A stretch of DNA of 64,000 nucleotides from Chitinophaga pinensis (GTDB lineage Bacteria > Bacteroidota > Bacteroidia > NS11-12g > UBA955), in assembly GCA_945890895.1 (NCBI GenBank), contig CAMDDG010000008.1, forward strand, positions 1,288 through 65,287, in the 5' to 3' direction. The notes under the pieces were generated by a model. That model saw nothing but the letters and a program-made list of their open reading frames with translations, was not told where the DNA came from and ran no database searches. Made by a program: the position numbers and the translations under genes. Of this stretch, positions 27,439 to 39,500 are shown in pieces. Numbering within the stretch: position 1 is the first letter of the stretch; each line of letters begins with the position of its first letter.

Positions 27439-30400
27439 TTAATTTTTCAAAATGTTTCCTTTATTGTCGTAAAAAACAATTTGCTTGATGCTCGAATTGC
27501 TCAGAATACCCGGAAAACTTCCGGTTAAATATCCACTTCCGTATCCGAGATATACCTTTTTCTTTCCGCCTTGAGTCATTTCACAAACCGCAGCAATCGC
27601 AGTTTTTGGTGCTTTTACATATTTAAACGACTTAGCAGGTTTAAATACTTTTACTTTGGCGTTGTTTTGAGTGGCTATAAAACGTATATCGTTGTTTGGT
27701 TGATTTACCCATCCTAACGCTCTTCCATCCCCCGGAACATAAAAGCCAACATCAGAGCCATTCTTCCAATTTAGGGTACCCTTATTGTTTAATAAAACCC
27801 CACCGTTCATTGCATCATCCGGTCCGTGGGTAACTCGAGTAAAACTGTTGTTGCCAATACACAAAATATCGTCGTAACCATCTTGATTAATATCAACTAC
27901 TTGCATTCCATTAATAGGACCCATTTGAGATTCAAAAGGCAAGGGGCTTACCGTAAATGCGCCACCATTGTTTATTAATAGCAAATGTTGAAACTCATTG
28001 GCAAACATTTTGTTTTGTTTCAAATTGTCTTCTCCAAAAATATCTAACATCGTTTGACCACCAAATGATGTGTAATTGGTGAATTTTTTATTCAAAAAAC
28101 TGGGAAATGCAACCACCATTTCGTCCATCTGATACATGGGATATTCTTGTCCATTTTTAAGATAACTCAAGAAAAAATCATGTCTTCCATTTTTATCAAC
28201 ATCGGCCCAATATATAGTTACAGGCTCACTTTGACGCGCACAAATAAATGAATTGGTACCTTTATTTCCCACCACATAATCCAAATCACCGTCGTTATCA
28301 ACATCGATGGGTGCAATACTATTGAACCAACCGGAATATTTCGTCGTTCCTGCTTCTTCAGTTGCATTAACGAATTTACCGCCCACATTTTTCATAAATA
28401 CAATGGGTGTATATTCTCCCACCAACATCAAATCTAAGGTGTTGTCGTTATTGTAATCGGTAAAAATTGCTTCGCTGATCATACCGGGCATAAATAAATC
28501 TGGAACCACCGATTCAGTAACATCAGTAAATTTACCGGCGTCATTGCGAAGCAAATAGCTGCGAATTTCCACGAAAGGATAAAAATTGGGAAGGACTCTC
28601 CCGGCAACAAATAAATCTAAATCACCATCACCATCGTAATCCCCAGCAGTAACAGAACTCGAACTAGCTACCACTTTAGGCAACGAAGCGGTTTTGTCTA
28701 CAAAATTTCCTTGACCTTTATTTTCATACAACCGATGTGTGTATTTGGGGCTGGGCCAAGAAAATTCACTTCCTCCAGCGGCAACGTATAAATCCAAATC
28801 CTGATCATTGTCCATATCAAATAAAAGAGAACCGGTCACATCTGAAGGAATATCATTCCAAGGTTGACTACCACCTAGTTTAAATGAACCATCTTTTTGT
28901 TGAATGAACATTTTGGAACCTGAACTCCCGGAAGCATTTCCGATAAAAGCATCCATTAATCCATCGTTATTTACATCTCCCGTAGTTAAACCAGGACCCA
29001 ACATGGTAAAGCGATGGGGAAGAAGAGGCTCTCTTTTAAAGTCCGGAGTTTCTTGGTCTTCATGTTTAAATGACAATGTACTTTCATTCAGTTCATTTAA
29101 AAGAATATTTTTGGATTGACTTAATTTTAAAATTTCACTGCTTCCATTCTGAAACTGGTCAACATCAATTATGGTAACTTCGCCTTTTTTCAATGCAGAA
29201 ACTGGGAATTTTTTTACTTTTCCATTTAATAAAACTAATTCCACAAATTCAATCGGACTTTCGCTATCAAATCCGATATGAATTAGTTGATCCGAAGAAC
29301 TTAAATATCCTTTTATGGGTGATTTTTCAAATAATCGGATCTGATTTTTATCTTTAACGAATATCTTGGTTCCTTCTGTAGCTTTGTTGGATTTAGATGT
29401 TATTTTTAAGTTAAAAAAATGGTCATTTTTAAGTTTGTTTTTGTAAATCAATGGAACATCACCTTGATTGCAAACAACCAAATCCATTTGACCATCATTA
29501 TTCAAGTCGCCATAAGCGGAACCGGTACTCAATGTGGGCTCAGAAGCACCAAGATCCAACGCTTTATTGCTGAATCCTTGTCCCTTATTGTTGATATATA
29601 AGTAATTAACTAATTTTTCGAATGGAAGTTTTTCAAGAACTTCTTTATGAGTCACCTTTCCACCTTTGGTTTGTTCTTTTCTATTCTGATACAATACAAA
29701 GTCCAAATTAGTTACATCCCGATAATATCCGTTGGTTACAAATAGATCTTGAAATCCATCGTTATTGAAATCACAAAACAAGGGCGACCAACTCCAATCG
29801 GTTCGAGCAATGCCATACAAATAACTTTGATCAGAGAATTTGCCATCGCCCATATTAATTTGTAACACATTTTTCATGTATTGCTTACCGTAATTGTTTT
29901 TCTTACTCACTGTAACAAAATCGTAATCACGTGGACCTAAAAGAGTCATAAATCGCTTGGGACTTTCAGGTAGCATATCTAAAGTCAATAAATCAATGCG
30001 TCCATCATTGTTCACATCCGAAACATCACTTCCCATTGAATTATTGGAAATGTGCTTGAAAGAGGTATTGCACTGATCGGAAAAAGTTCCGTTTCCTTGA
30101 TTTATATAGAAGTAATCAGGGATGTGGTAATCGTTACAAACATACAAATCCATCAAACCATCGCCATTGTAGTCGGCAGGTGTAGCACTTAGGCAATATC
30201 CCATGGCTGTCATTCCAGCGGATTCAGTAATATCAGTAAATTTATTTCCATCATTTCTTAGGAATTGTTGCTTGGACGATTCGTCCATTTTTAGTGTTTT
30301 ATGGAATGGAACGTTGATATCTGACCAATATTTTTCAGCGTGATTGCCTATATAAACATCCAAATCTCCGTCTGCATCAAAATCAAAAAAAGCAGCACAA

Positions 30401-30930
30401 CTGGTATTTCCTGAATTATCTAAATTCCATTTATCTGCTTCTTCTTTAAATGTTAAATTATGCTGATTGATAAACAATTTGTTTTTTTTCTTTTCGGGGG
30501 AAGTTGAAGGCCCGCTGCTGCAAACATAAATGTCTAACCATCCATCATTGTTAATATCAACGATATAAACACCGGTCATCCATTGATTGGTGCCAACTCC
30601 CGCTGATTTCGTGATATCCTCAAATATGAAGTCGCCCTTGTTTAAATACAACACTGAACTTCCAGAATTGGAAGCAAAGTACAAATCATTTAACCCGTCG
30701 TTATTTATGTCACCCATACCAACCCCTGCACCATTAAATAAATAGTGATATGTAAATTGATTTAGAGAATCATTTTCGGGAACTTTGTTAATAAATGTAA
30801 TTCCCGATTCATCCGATGGAATACTTTCAAAAACGGTTTCTTCATTGGAGTCAGATTCTGAATCTGAACAACTATTAAACAAAGAACCCAACAACAATAG
30901 CCACAAAAAATTGCGGTGAAAATTTTTCAT
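27439..30930 (-). CDS. FG-GAP/VCBS-repeat protein with an ASPIC/UnbV-like C-terminus (CRTAC1 family), secreted
   Basis: Signal peptide/lipobox LFNSC. Many repeats of the D.N.DG..D(l/i)y(v/f) type (DINNDGLNDLYF, DINNDGWLDIYV, DFDADGDLDVYI, DYNGDGLMDLYV, etc.). Confidence 0.8.
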   Translation of the reverse strand: MKNFHRNFLWLLLLGSLFNSCSDSESDSNEETVFESIPSDESGITFINKVPENDSLNQFTYHYLFNGAGVGMGDINNDGLNDLYFASNSGSSVLYLNKGDFIFEDITKSAGVGTNQWMTGVYIVDINNDGWLDIYVCSSGPSTSPEKKKNKLFINQHNLTFKEEADKWNLDNSGNTSCAAFFDFDADGDLDVYIGNHAEKYWSDINVPFHKTLKMDESSKQQFLRNDGNKFTDITESAGMTAMGYCLSATPADYNGDGLMDLYVCNDYHIPDYFYINQGNGTFSDQCNTSFKHISNNSMGSDVSDVNNDGRIDLLTLDMLPESPKRFMTLLGPRDYDFVTVSKKNNYGKQYMKNVLQINMGDGKFSDQSYLYGIARTDWSWSPLFCDFNNDGFQDLFVTNGYYRDVTNLDFVLYQNRKEQTKGGKVTHKEVLEKLPFEKLVNYLYINNKGQGFSNKALDLGASEPTLSTGSAYGDLNNDGQMDLVVCNQGDVPLIYKNKLKNDHFFNLKITSKSNKATEGTKIFVKDKNQIRLFEKSPIKGYLSSSDQLIHIGFDSESPIEFVELVLLNGKVKKFPVSALKKGEVTIIDVDQFQNGSSEILKLSQSKNILLNELNESTLSFKHEDQETPDFKREPLLPHRFTMLGPGLTTGDVNNDGLMDAFIGNASGSSGSKMFIQQKDGSFKLGGSQPWNDIPSDVTGSLLFDMDNDQDLDLYVAAGGSEFSWPSPKYTHRLYENKGQGNFVDKTASLPKVVASSSSVTAGDYDGDGDLDLFVAGRVLPNFYPFVEIRSYLLRNDAGKFTDVTESVVPDLFMPGMISEAIFTDYNNDNTLDLMLVGEYTPIVFMKNVGGKFVNATEEAGTTKYSGWFNSIAPIDVDNDGDLDYVVGNKGTNSFICARQSEPVTIYWADVDKNGRHDFFLSYLKNGQEYPMYQMDEMVVAFPSFLNKKFTNYTSFGGQTMLDIFGEDNLKQNKMFANEFQHLLLINNGGAFTVSPLPFESQMGPINGMQVVDINQDGYDDILCIGNNSFTRVTHGPDDAMNGGVLLNNKGTLNWKNGSDVGFYVPGDGRALGWVNQPNNDIRFIATQNNAKVKVFKPAKSFKYVKAPKTAIAAVCEMTQGGKKKVYLGYGSGYLTGSFPGILSNSSIKQIVFYDNKGNILKN

Positions 30931-30951
30931 ATTTGCGAAAATAGAATTTAT

Positions 30952-32223
30952 TTATGATTTTCTTACCTGATCGTATCTCAAGAAAACGAAAAGTAAAAAA
31001 GTAAAGCCCCATAAGCTACTACCACCAAAAGAAACGAAGGGCAGGGGAATTCCAATAACCGGCACAAGTCCAATAGTCATTCCAATATTAACGAACCAAT
31101 GGAAAAATAAAATCGAAGCCGCGCTATATCCCAAAATACGACCATAAACATCGGATTGACGTTCTGCTAGAAAGATCAAACGCAACAACAACATCAAATA
31201 CATTCCAAAAAAGAAAGTAACACCTAAGAATCCCCATTCTTCACCTATCGTGCAGAAAATAAAGTCTGTATGTTGTTCCGGCACAAATCCCATTTTAGTT
31301 TGAGAGCCTTTCATGAAACCACGTCCTTCAATTCTTCCTGCACCAATGGCAATTTTAGACTGCTCAAGATTATATCCCATTCCACGTTTATCTTCTTTTA
31401 AACCCAAAACAATTTCAATCCGGTCTTTTTGGTACACTTTAAACACTTTATTGTATGCCAAACCCACAACTCCTGAAAATAATGAACTCCCAATAGAAAT
31501 AGACAAAACTAGAATCACAAATTGTCGGTTTTTTCTCCCAAAATAAACCAAAATACTGCTGATACCTAAAAGAATACCATACAGATAACCAAAGGAAATA
31601 TTTAAGCTATTTAAGTATATAGAAATGATAGAAAGAATTCCAATCCAAATAGAAATAACCAAAATATAGCCCGGTAAACCTTCTCGATACAAAACCAAGA
31701 AAAATGATAAATAAACCAAAGCACTCCCCGTGTCGTTTTGAAACAAAACAATCACCATGGGTATTAAAAATAGAGCCAATGATATTGAAATGTTCTTCCA
31801 ACCTTTAAACTTCATACCATATCCACCTAAGAACTTTGCCAGTGCCATACTCGTAGCAATTTTTGCAAACTCCGAAGGTTGAATCCCAAATCCCCCAAAA
31901 CCAAACCAAGATTTTGCCCCAGCTACTTCTTTTCCTATGAAAAGTACGAGGATATTGAGTAAAATTATGAATCCATAGACATAATACGATAAATATTCTA
32001 CCAGTACGACATTGGCAAATGCAATAGTCAAAATGATTAATGCAGAGCCAGCAATCCAAATTAACTGACGAGTAGCAATGGCAGAAAGCTGAAATCCAGT
32101 CTGATTAACATCTGAAGTAACTGAATACACATTGATAAAACCAATAAACACCAATATGCTAAACAAGATAATAGCCACTGAGTCCATTTTGTTAAGCTGA
32201 GATAATTGTCGGGAACTGGGCAT
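30952..32223 (-). CDS. rodA: Rod shape-determining protein RodA (SEDS family)
   Basis: Polytopic FtsW/RodA/SpoVE-like sequence (PSEFAKI, DTGSALVY, EQHTDFIF, VPVIGIPLPFVSFGGSS) directly downstream of mrdA. Confidence 0.9.
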   Translation of the reverse strand: MPSSRQLSQLNKMDSVAIILFSILVFIGFINVYSVTSDVNQTGFQLSAIATRQLIWIAGSALIILTIAFANVVLVEYLSYYVYGFIILLNILVLFIGKEVAGAKSWFGFGGFGIQPSEFAKIATSMALAKFLGGYGMKFKGWKNISISLALFLIPMVIVLFQNDTGSALVYLSFFLVLYREGLPGYILVISIWIGILSIISIYLNSLNISFGYLYGILLGISSILVYFGRKNRQFVILVLSISIGSSLFSGVVGLAYNKVFKVYQKDRIEIVLGLKEDKRGMGYNLEQSKIAIGAGRIEGRGFMKGSQTKMGFVPEQHTDFIFCTIGEEWGFLGVTFFFGMYLMLLLRLIFLAERQSDVYGRILGYSAASILFFHWFVNIGMTIGLVPVIGIPLPFVSFGGSSLWGFTFLLFVFLRYDQVRKS

Positions 32224-32224
32224 A

Positions 32225-34072
32225 TTAAAATTCTAATACGGTTTCTAAAATTCGTTTCTCCATAGCTGTTTTGGAGGATGTTTGGGGATGTTTCAAATAC
32301 TTTTCAATCATCAATGTAGCAATTGGAGCAGCATATGTAGCTCCAAAACCACCATTTTCAACAATTACGGCGATAGCTATTTTCGGATTTTCTTTAGGTG
32401 CAAATGCTATGAAAAGCGAGTGATCCTTACCATGTGGATTTTGTGCAGTTCCGGTTTTACCGCATATTTCAATGTCATTTACAGATGCTGCAAATGCCGT
32501 TCCTCCGGGTTGCATTACCTTGGACATACCAGCAACAACTGTTTCGTAGTGTATCCTGTCGATGGAAGTATAATGCTTGGTTTTAAATTTTTTCTGCCAT
32601 TCCACATCTCGAATTCCGTTAATGGATTTAACGATATGAGGAGTGTAATAATAACCCCGATTGGCTAAAATCGCAGCAACATTGGCCAATTGCAAGGGCG
32701 TAAGCAGAATTTCTCCTTGACCTATACCTAAGGAAATAACCATGGATGAACGCCACTTAGGACCATGTCGGCGATTAAGCTGTTCAACGGATGGAATATT
32801 TCCACCGGATTCTCCCAATAAGTCAATTCCAGTGGGTTCCCCCAATCCAAAACTTCTCCAATGTTTAGCCAATTGTTCATAACCCTGCTGGACATTGGCA
32901 TACTTCGGATTGTCAATAATCTCTCTAAACAGAGCGCAATAATAGCTATTGCAAGAAATTTGGATTGAACCTTCAAGATCAAGAGGCCCACCATGCGGGT
33001 GACAACCAACGGTAATGCTCCCCATTCGGTAACCTCCACCACATCCTTTTCTAGATTCTGGAACAATTACCTCTTCTTGTAAGCCAATTAAAGCTAATAC
33101 AGTTTTTACTGTACTACCAGGAGGATAAACTCCTTTAACTGCTCGATTGTATAATGGTTTCTTAGGATCGATAAGCATCTTTCGAAACTCTTTGTTTCTA
33201 CCTTGACCTATTAAATCGTTTGGGTTGTAATCGGGTTTATTTACAAATGCTAAAACTTCCCCTGAACCGGGTTCAATAGCAACAATGGATCCCCGTTTTC
33301 CGGATAGGAGTTTTTCTGCATATTGTTGTAGCTCTAAATCCATAGAACTAATAAAATCAGGACCCGCAATCGCTGGATAATTGAAAGAATCGTCGTTTAC
33401 AACCCCGCGCTCTCTATACGTTCTATCTTGCCAAACTGTTCTTATGCCTTTACGACCTCTCATATAAGGTTCGTAATATTTTTCGATCCCAGTAATACCC
33501 ACCAAATCTCCAGGTTGATAATAGGGATCGTTTTTTAAAAGGTCTTCGGAAGCTTCACCCAAATAACCGAATGCATGTGCACCACCAACAATTTCATACG
33601 AACGATCTGTTCGTGGTTCAATATAGAAACCTTTCAAACGATATAAATTCTCACGAATAACGGTATATTGTCGTTCCGTTAAATTGGAGTAAAATAATGC
33701 TGAATGATTGTATGCATTGTTTTTTTGACGTTTTTTGGATTTTATCCAAGATTCCAGTAATAAATCGTTGTATTTTGCTGTGTCAATTTCCAATACTTCG
33801 CAAAGGAAATCTCGATTTTTGGGTTCAATTTCTCGCGGAAAAATAAACAAGTCGTACATCACCAAATTCTTGGCAATAATTTTATGATTTCTATCGTAAA
33901 TTACAGATCGAGCTGGGTAAAGAGTGATTTTATTTAATGCATTGTTAATGGCCTTTTGTTCATACTCATTGTTGAATAGTTGCAAACTAGCCACTCTGTA
34001 TAGAAACAAAAGAAAAAATAAAACAAAAATTACAATGAACGTTTTGTATCGCTGTTTATGGATATCAATCAT
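32225..34072 (-). CDS. mrdA: Penicillin-binding protein 2 (elongasome transpeptidase)
   Basis: Transpeptidase motifs STVK (PGSTVKT), SCNS (SxN motif) and KTGTAQ. It has an N-terminal TM anchor and lies between mreD and rodA. Confidence 0.9.
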   Translation of the reverse strand: MIDIHKQRYKTFIVIFVLFFLLFLYRVASLQLFNNEYEQKAINNALNKITLYPARSVIYDRNHKIIAKNLVMYDLFIFPREIEPKNRDFLCEVLEIDTAKYNDLLLESWIKSKKRQKNNAYNHSALFYSNLTERQYTVIRENLYRLKGFYIEPRTDRSYEIVGGAHAFGYLGEASEDLLKNDPYYQPGDLVGITGIEKYYEPYMRGRKGIRTVWQDRTYRERGVVNDDSFNYPAIAGPDFISSMDLELQQYAEKLLSGKRGSIVAIEPGSGEVLAFVNKPDYNPNDLIGQGRNKEFRKMLIDPKKPLYNRAVKGVYPPGSTVKTVLALIGLQEEVIVPESRKGCGGGYRMGSITVGCHPHGGPLDLEGSIQISCNSYYCALFREIIDNPKYANVQQGYEQLAKHWRSFGLGEPTGIDLLGESGGNIPSVEQLNRRHGPKWRSSMVISLGIGQGEILLTPLQLANVAAILANRGYYYTPHIVKSINGIRDVEWQKKFKTKHYTSIDRIHYETVVAGMSKVMQPGGTAFAASVNDIEICGKTGTAQNPHGKDHSLFIAFAPKENPKIAIAVIVENGGFGATYAAPIATLMIEKYLKHPQTSSKTAMEKRILETVLEF

Positions 34073-34087
34073 AACTTTTTGGATTGA

Positions 34088-34594
34088 TTAACGCCTAAAT
34101 ATAGATTTATAAAGTAAAACTAAAAGATAGGATCCCAATGTTGAGAATAAAGTAGTTCCTAAAATTCTAAAAAATCGAACCCATTCGAAAAAATCCAAAG
34201 AGAAAAATACAAAATGATGTATAAAAATGAGGGAGATAGTATAATAAGTAAAAAATAACTGCCCTTTAGTATCAATATTGATGTAATTTTCTCCTTGTAA
34301 TTGAATGGAATCAAAGTCTACAAATCGATGATCTATTAGATTTTTGATGAACACCATAAAAACACAACTTGCAGCGTGTGTGCCAAATGAACCCGAAAGT
34401 AAATCTATAAACGTTCCAAAAACAAAAGCAATTATCAATTGAGCATATTTATTAATATTCACAGGCAGAACCATAAATAACATTAAATAAGGCATGGGTC
34501 GCATCCAAAATCCCATATCCACTTCCTGAATAATGAAAGCTTGCAAAAATGCCAGTACAAGTGCGATAAAAAACAGTTTGATGTACTCAATCAT
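34088..34594 (-). CDS. mreD: Rod shape-determining protein MreD
   Basis: 168-aa polytopic protein overlapping the mreC stop; position in the mreBCD cluster fits. Confidence 0.75.
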   Translation of the reverse strand: MIEYIKLFFIALVLAFLQAFIIQEVDMGFWMRPMPYLMLFMVLPVNINKYAQLIIAFVFGTFIDLLSGSFGTHAASCVFMVFIKNLIDHRFVDFDSIQLQGENYINIDTKGQLFFTYYTISLIFIHHFVFFSLDFFEWVRFFRILGTTLFSTLGSYLLVLLYKSIFRR

Positions 34595-35456
34595 TATTGT
34601 TTGGATTAATGGTGCTAGACATATTTAATGAATCCAACTCATTTTTGAAATGATATTTAATGCAATATACGTTGTTAAGTCGGCTGAAGTCTGTAGCCAA
34701 TTTTACGCGAATTTCATGATAATGTGATTTCGATTCGGGATTGATGTATTCAATAGTTCCAATGGGAATATTGGGAGGGAAGATAGACGAATAGTTACTT
34801 GTGAGAATTTTCATTCCTTTTTTTACCGGTTCGGTTCGATTTACTTCGAGCAATTCACCGCGATTGGAATGTTTACCGTCCCATTTTAATACGCCTTGTC
34901 TTAGATCTAACTCAGGAATGTACGGAGTGATTTCGAATTTCGAATTCAATAACGACATCCCCCGAGAAAAATTATCCGTGCAATCCAAAATAACACCTAC
35001 CACGCCTGAAGGACTAATTACAGCCATTCCCGGAGTAATTCCTTGTAGTTTACCGTGATTGATATAAAAGAAATTATCGGGTGAGTTGGTGGAATTTCGA
35101 ATGACTTTTGTGGTAATATAACTGTAAGCGGTTTTTAAATTGGGGTATTTTGAATTAAGAGAATCGAAATACTGAGTATCTCTGTATTTGTTGAATTGAT
35201 AGGAATTGATCTTCAATTGATTCCTTAAAGCAATGTTTTCATTACGTAAATCAATATTCTCCTGTTTTAAGTTTACGAATTCAGTAACATTTGATTTCCA
35301 CTGATCAATGGTTCGGAAAAAAGCAGTGCTACTCTTGAAATAAAAAGAATGTTGATAAATATGATATCTAAGTACTTGATTTATAGAGAAACCAAATAAA
35401 ATTAAAGCAAATAGTGGATACGAATTGTGTTTAATCCATCGTATTAGAATCCACAT
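34587..35456 (-). CDS. mreC: Rod shape-determining protein MreC
   Basis: N-terminal TM helix, coiled coil (LKQENIDLRNENIALRNQL), and a beta-rich C-terminal domain; follows mreB. Confidence 0.85.
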   Translation of the reverse strand: MWILIRWIKHNSYPLFALILFGFSINQVLRYHIYQHSFYFKSSTAFFRTIDQWKSNVTEFVNLKQENIDLRNENIALRNQLKINSYQFNKYRDTQYFDSLNSKYPNLKTAYSYITTKVIRNSTNSPDNFFYINHGKLQGITPGMAVISPSGVVGVILDCTDNFSRGMSLLNSKFEITPYIPELDLRQGVLKWDGKHSNRGELLEVNRTEPVKKGMKILTSNYSSIFPPNIPIGTIEYINPESKSHYHEIRVKLATDFSRLNNVYCIKYHFKNELDSLNMSSTINPNNND

Positions 35457-35498
35457 AGTTTACTGATTTTGTTTTCTATTAAAAAATAGGTTATAAAA

Positions 35499-36524
35499 TT
35501 AAGCTGTCATTAAGAATTTGAATTTGCCAATATTCTTTAAGGCAATTCCAGTTCCTCGAACTACGGCTCTCAAAGGATCTTCAGCAATATTAACTTTTAG
35601 TTTGGTTTTGTTCGAAACGCGTTTGTCCAATCCACGGAGCAAAGCGCCACCGCCCGTTAACCAAATACCATTAGTAAGAATATCTGCACTTAATTCTGGT
35701 GGAGCTTGTTCAAGCGCACGAAGAATTGCTTCTTCTACCTTCATAATGCTTTTATCTAACGCTCGTGCGATTTCATTATAAGAAACGTGGATAGACTTTG
35801 GAATACCCGTCATTAAATCTCGACCATAAACTGCATAGTCTTCAGGTGGATTCTCTAATTCTTGTAAAGCACTTCCAATGTTGATTTTGATTTTTTCCGC
35901 AGTACGTTCACCAATCAAAAGATTGTGTTCTCTCCGCATGTATTCAACAATGTCCAAATTAAATTCATCTCCTGCCACACGAATGGATTCGTCACAAACA
36001 ATTCCTCCAAGAGCAATAATGGCAATTTCAGTTGTACCACCTCCAATGTCAATAATCATGTTACCTTGAGGTTGTGTAACATCTATACCTATACCTACAG
36101 CCGCAGCCATTGGTTCGTGTATCAAATATACTTCCTTGGCACCAGAACGCTCTGCGCTATCTTTTACAGCACGTTTTTCAACTTCAGTTATACCCGAAGG
36201 AATGCAAATTACCATTTTTAATTGAGGACTGATCCATTGTTGACGCTGATTCATCATTTTGATCATTCCGCGAATCATGTGTTCAGCAGCCTGGAAATCC
36301 GCAATTACACCGTCTTTTAATGGACGTATGGTACGGATTCCTTCGTTCTCCTTACCATACATTTGCATGGCTTCACGTCCAATAGCAATTACATTTCCCG
36401 TATTGCGCTCCAACGCGATAATAGATGGCTCATCAACGACTACCTTATCCTTATATATAATTAAGGTATTTGCAGTACCCAAATCAATTGCTAATTCCTG
36501 TGTTAGAAAGCTAAAAATTCCCAT
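35499..36524 (-). CDS. mreB: Rod shape-determining protein MreB
   Basis: Actin-like ATPase motifs: IDLGTANTLI, DIGGGTTEIA, LTGGGALLRGLD. Confidence 0.95.
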   Translation of the reverse strand: MGIFSFLTQELAIDLGTANTLIIYKDKVVVDEPSIIALERNTGNVIAIGREAMQMYGKENEGIRTIRPLKDGVIADFQAAEHMIRGMIKMMNQRQQWISPQLKMVICIPSGITEVEKRAVKDSAERSGAKEVYLIHEPMAAAVGIGIDVTQPQGNMIIDIGGGTTEIAIIALGGIVCDESIRVAGDEFNLDIVEYMRREHNLLIGERTAEKIKINIGSALQELENPPEDYAVYGRDLMTGIPKSIHVSYNEIARALDKSIMKVEEAILRALEQAPPELSADILTNGIWLTGGGALLRGLDKRVSNKTKLKVNIAEDPLRAVVRGTGIALKNIGKFKFLMTA

Positions 36525-36590
36525 TTAATAATTGTGCTAAGGCAAATTAACCACAAAAGTACGTTATTATTCAAGCAGATTTAAAACAAA

Positions 36591-39500
36591 TTAAAAAATA
36601 TTACCCATAGAAATTGAAAATTGTGGACGAGATGAAAAATCACCCACTTTCCCTAAGCCATACTCCAACCTGAAATCCATTTCAATTAGTTTGAATTTTA
36701 TTCCAAATCCTCGACTAGAAATCCATGGATCTCGATTTGCTGTTGCAGTTAGTAAATAGTTGGGAGTGCTGTATACCAATGTGTTATATGGGTTCTTGTA
36801 GTGATATGGCGACCCATTTACAAAACCAATACCCGCATCACCCCAAATATAAAATTTTAATGATTTTAAAAATGGGCCGTTTATGGAATAAGATGGTATT
36901 AAACTTGTAATTGGCAAGGAAAGTTCAGATTGAATGTTAAAATAGCTTGTGCCACCTCTACTTGCAGATGAAATACCACGTACGTTTCCACCCACTCCCT
37001 GCAATGGATATTGGCGAATAAATTCACCGGAATATCCCGATGAATTATTAAACTGATTGGGATCTATCCAACCATTATTACCCATTAACCAATAAAATAC
37101 ATTTTTTTGCGTAATGGAATATCTACTCTTAATACGTGTATTCCAATTCAACATTCTAAATCTCTTGGATACGTTAACAGTGCCGCCAATGGCTGAAATC
37201 CTCTCAGTTTCGCCGGAATTTTTGTAATATCCATTCTCCATGTTGAAACTATAATCAGCAATTAAATTGACTCTAGAAATAGGAATTTTAAAACCTTGGC
37301 TTAATTCTACATTAATGGTCTGTAATTGTATGTTTTGTATAGGAGCTCTCGTCGAAATTTCATTTAAATTCAACGGAATGATTTGATCGATATGGTTTTT
37401 TGAATAGATATTTATCCCTAAATGGCGATGAATTTTGTTTTGCGATTCTTTAAGTAAATTTTTATATATCCCGACATCGTAACGAATACTTCGATTTCTA
37501 AAGTAATTCGAATTACTCAAAGTAAATTGTCGAATTCTATATTGAAATTGCTGATTAATTATGTTATTTTTAAATTTGTATTGATGCGAAATTTGAAACC
37601 CCAACCTCCTGCGATTTACATTGGTGAAAGCCAAGAAATTCAAGGTTGATTGTTTTAAAAGATTAGGAAACGATCCTTTGTAGAACAACGTAATGGGTGA
37701 ATTATATAATCGTTCCACAGGTATATTTGAATTGTAATATAAATCCAATTCATTATTGGATAAATAATAAATGCTCATTTCTGTATACTGCCAATTTCGG
37801 AAATTTTCAATTTTATAGGTGTGTTGATTTAAAAAGCTATTATTATTTTTTCGGGGGATGTTAATTCGCGATTTATTGAATTCAAAGGGACTAATGTACC
37901 ATTTGGTGGAGTCCCATAAATTTTTATTATTTAGTACACTATCCGTTTTTAAAGTGTCAAAAGAATAAGTGATTTTTTGTAAAGTATCACGAAGCAGTAA
38001 TTCACCATTTTTATTTAGAGAATTAGCATGTAACTGGTTGTTTAAAATGTAGTATTCTAAAAACTGATTGCTGTTTTCAATGGCCGATTGGTGATAAAAA
38101 TACCCCTTTGTTCCTGTTGCAAAACTGTTCCATTTTTTTTCGGATTCACTGTATATATAATGTAAAACTTCGGAGTGATTTCCGTTGGTTCTAATTAAAG
38201 AAAAATGATCAGGCGACTCCAACACACAATCACTAAAATCAATGGATTCTTTTACAAATTTATGTAGAAACACCGTGTCAATAAGAATGGGTTTTGAACC
38301 ATCATTTGAAGTATCCAACCTTGCAATTAATCCCAACATAATCTGTGTGTCGGAATAGGCAAAAACGCGATTGATTACGGTGAAAAATCGATTAAATGGA
38401 ATCGGTTTTTGTATTAAAATTCTAGAATTAAATGAATGGTGAAAAATAGAGTTAACAACTGATTGAAAGTAAGAATTTATCAATAAATTCGAATCGATTA
38501 AATGGATTGAACTTGATTCTAAATCAATGAATTCATTCAGATTTATTTTCTTCTTTATGGGTGTTCGACCTGAATTATGATAAATCAAAAACTGTTCATT
38601 TTTTAAATCCATTTCGATAGATTGAATTTCAATATATTTAAGGGGTATTTGAAAGTCCGACTTTTTACCTTCTTTGAAACCCATGGATTCAATTTCAAGA
38701 ATTCGTTTTTTTAACCAAACATTAAATCGCTCTTCAAAATGATAATAAAAGGTTCGTTCAAAACTATTGGCATTCTTCAATAATAACCAAAATGCACCAT
38801 TGATGCTGCTACCTTTTTCTTTTTCAAACAAATACCAAATTATCGTTCCAAAAAGTTGTTCGAATTGGGGTTGGATAAAGTTGATGTTGTTGAACGTACC
38901 CTTTTTAGCCAAATAACTAAACTTTTCAAATTCGTTGAACGTAATTGCTTTTGAAAAATAACTACAGAAACCCAAAATGAGCCATGCTGGTGGTTTTATT
39001 GCAGTTGGACTCAACTTCTCTCGCATTAGAATTCCTCCCAAATATTCTTGAAGGTATTGCTGTGCAATGGAAAAACGAATTTGTCGTTTCATTTCCAATA
39101 ATGATTCGTTAAATTCAATATTTGATAGTAACGGAGATTCAACATCGAATTTTGAAACAGGCGAATGAACAAAAATTCTAATTTGGTCATTCATTTTGTA
39201 GGATAGACTTTTGTTCAATTCATTTATGGCCAGTCTTGCCACTAGAAAGAACGAGTCAATATATATGGAAAACGTTTTTTGAAATTGCACATCCGATACA
39301 TCAATCACGATTTCTACCACCCCTTGTTTGTATGATACTAAATGCGGATTCTTGGAATTTTGATAATTTGCAAAATCAACAAAATCATTTTTTGAACCAT
39401 TACCGTTCAATATCGGGATGTGATTCGTGTTTTTTATTCGTATTTCGGATGCGTTTTGCATCCATGAATTTTTACAAAAAGCAGTATTATCTAAAACAGC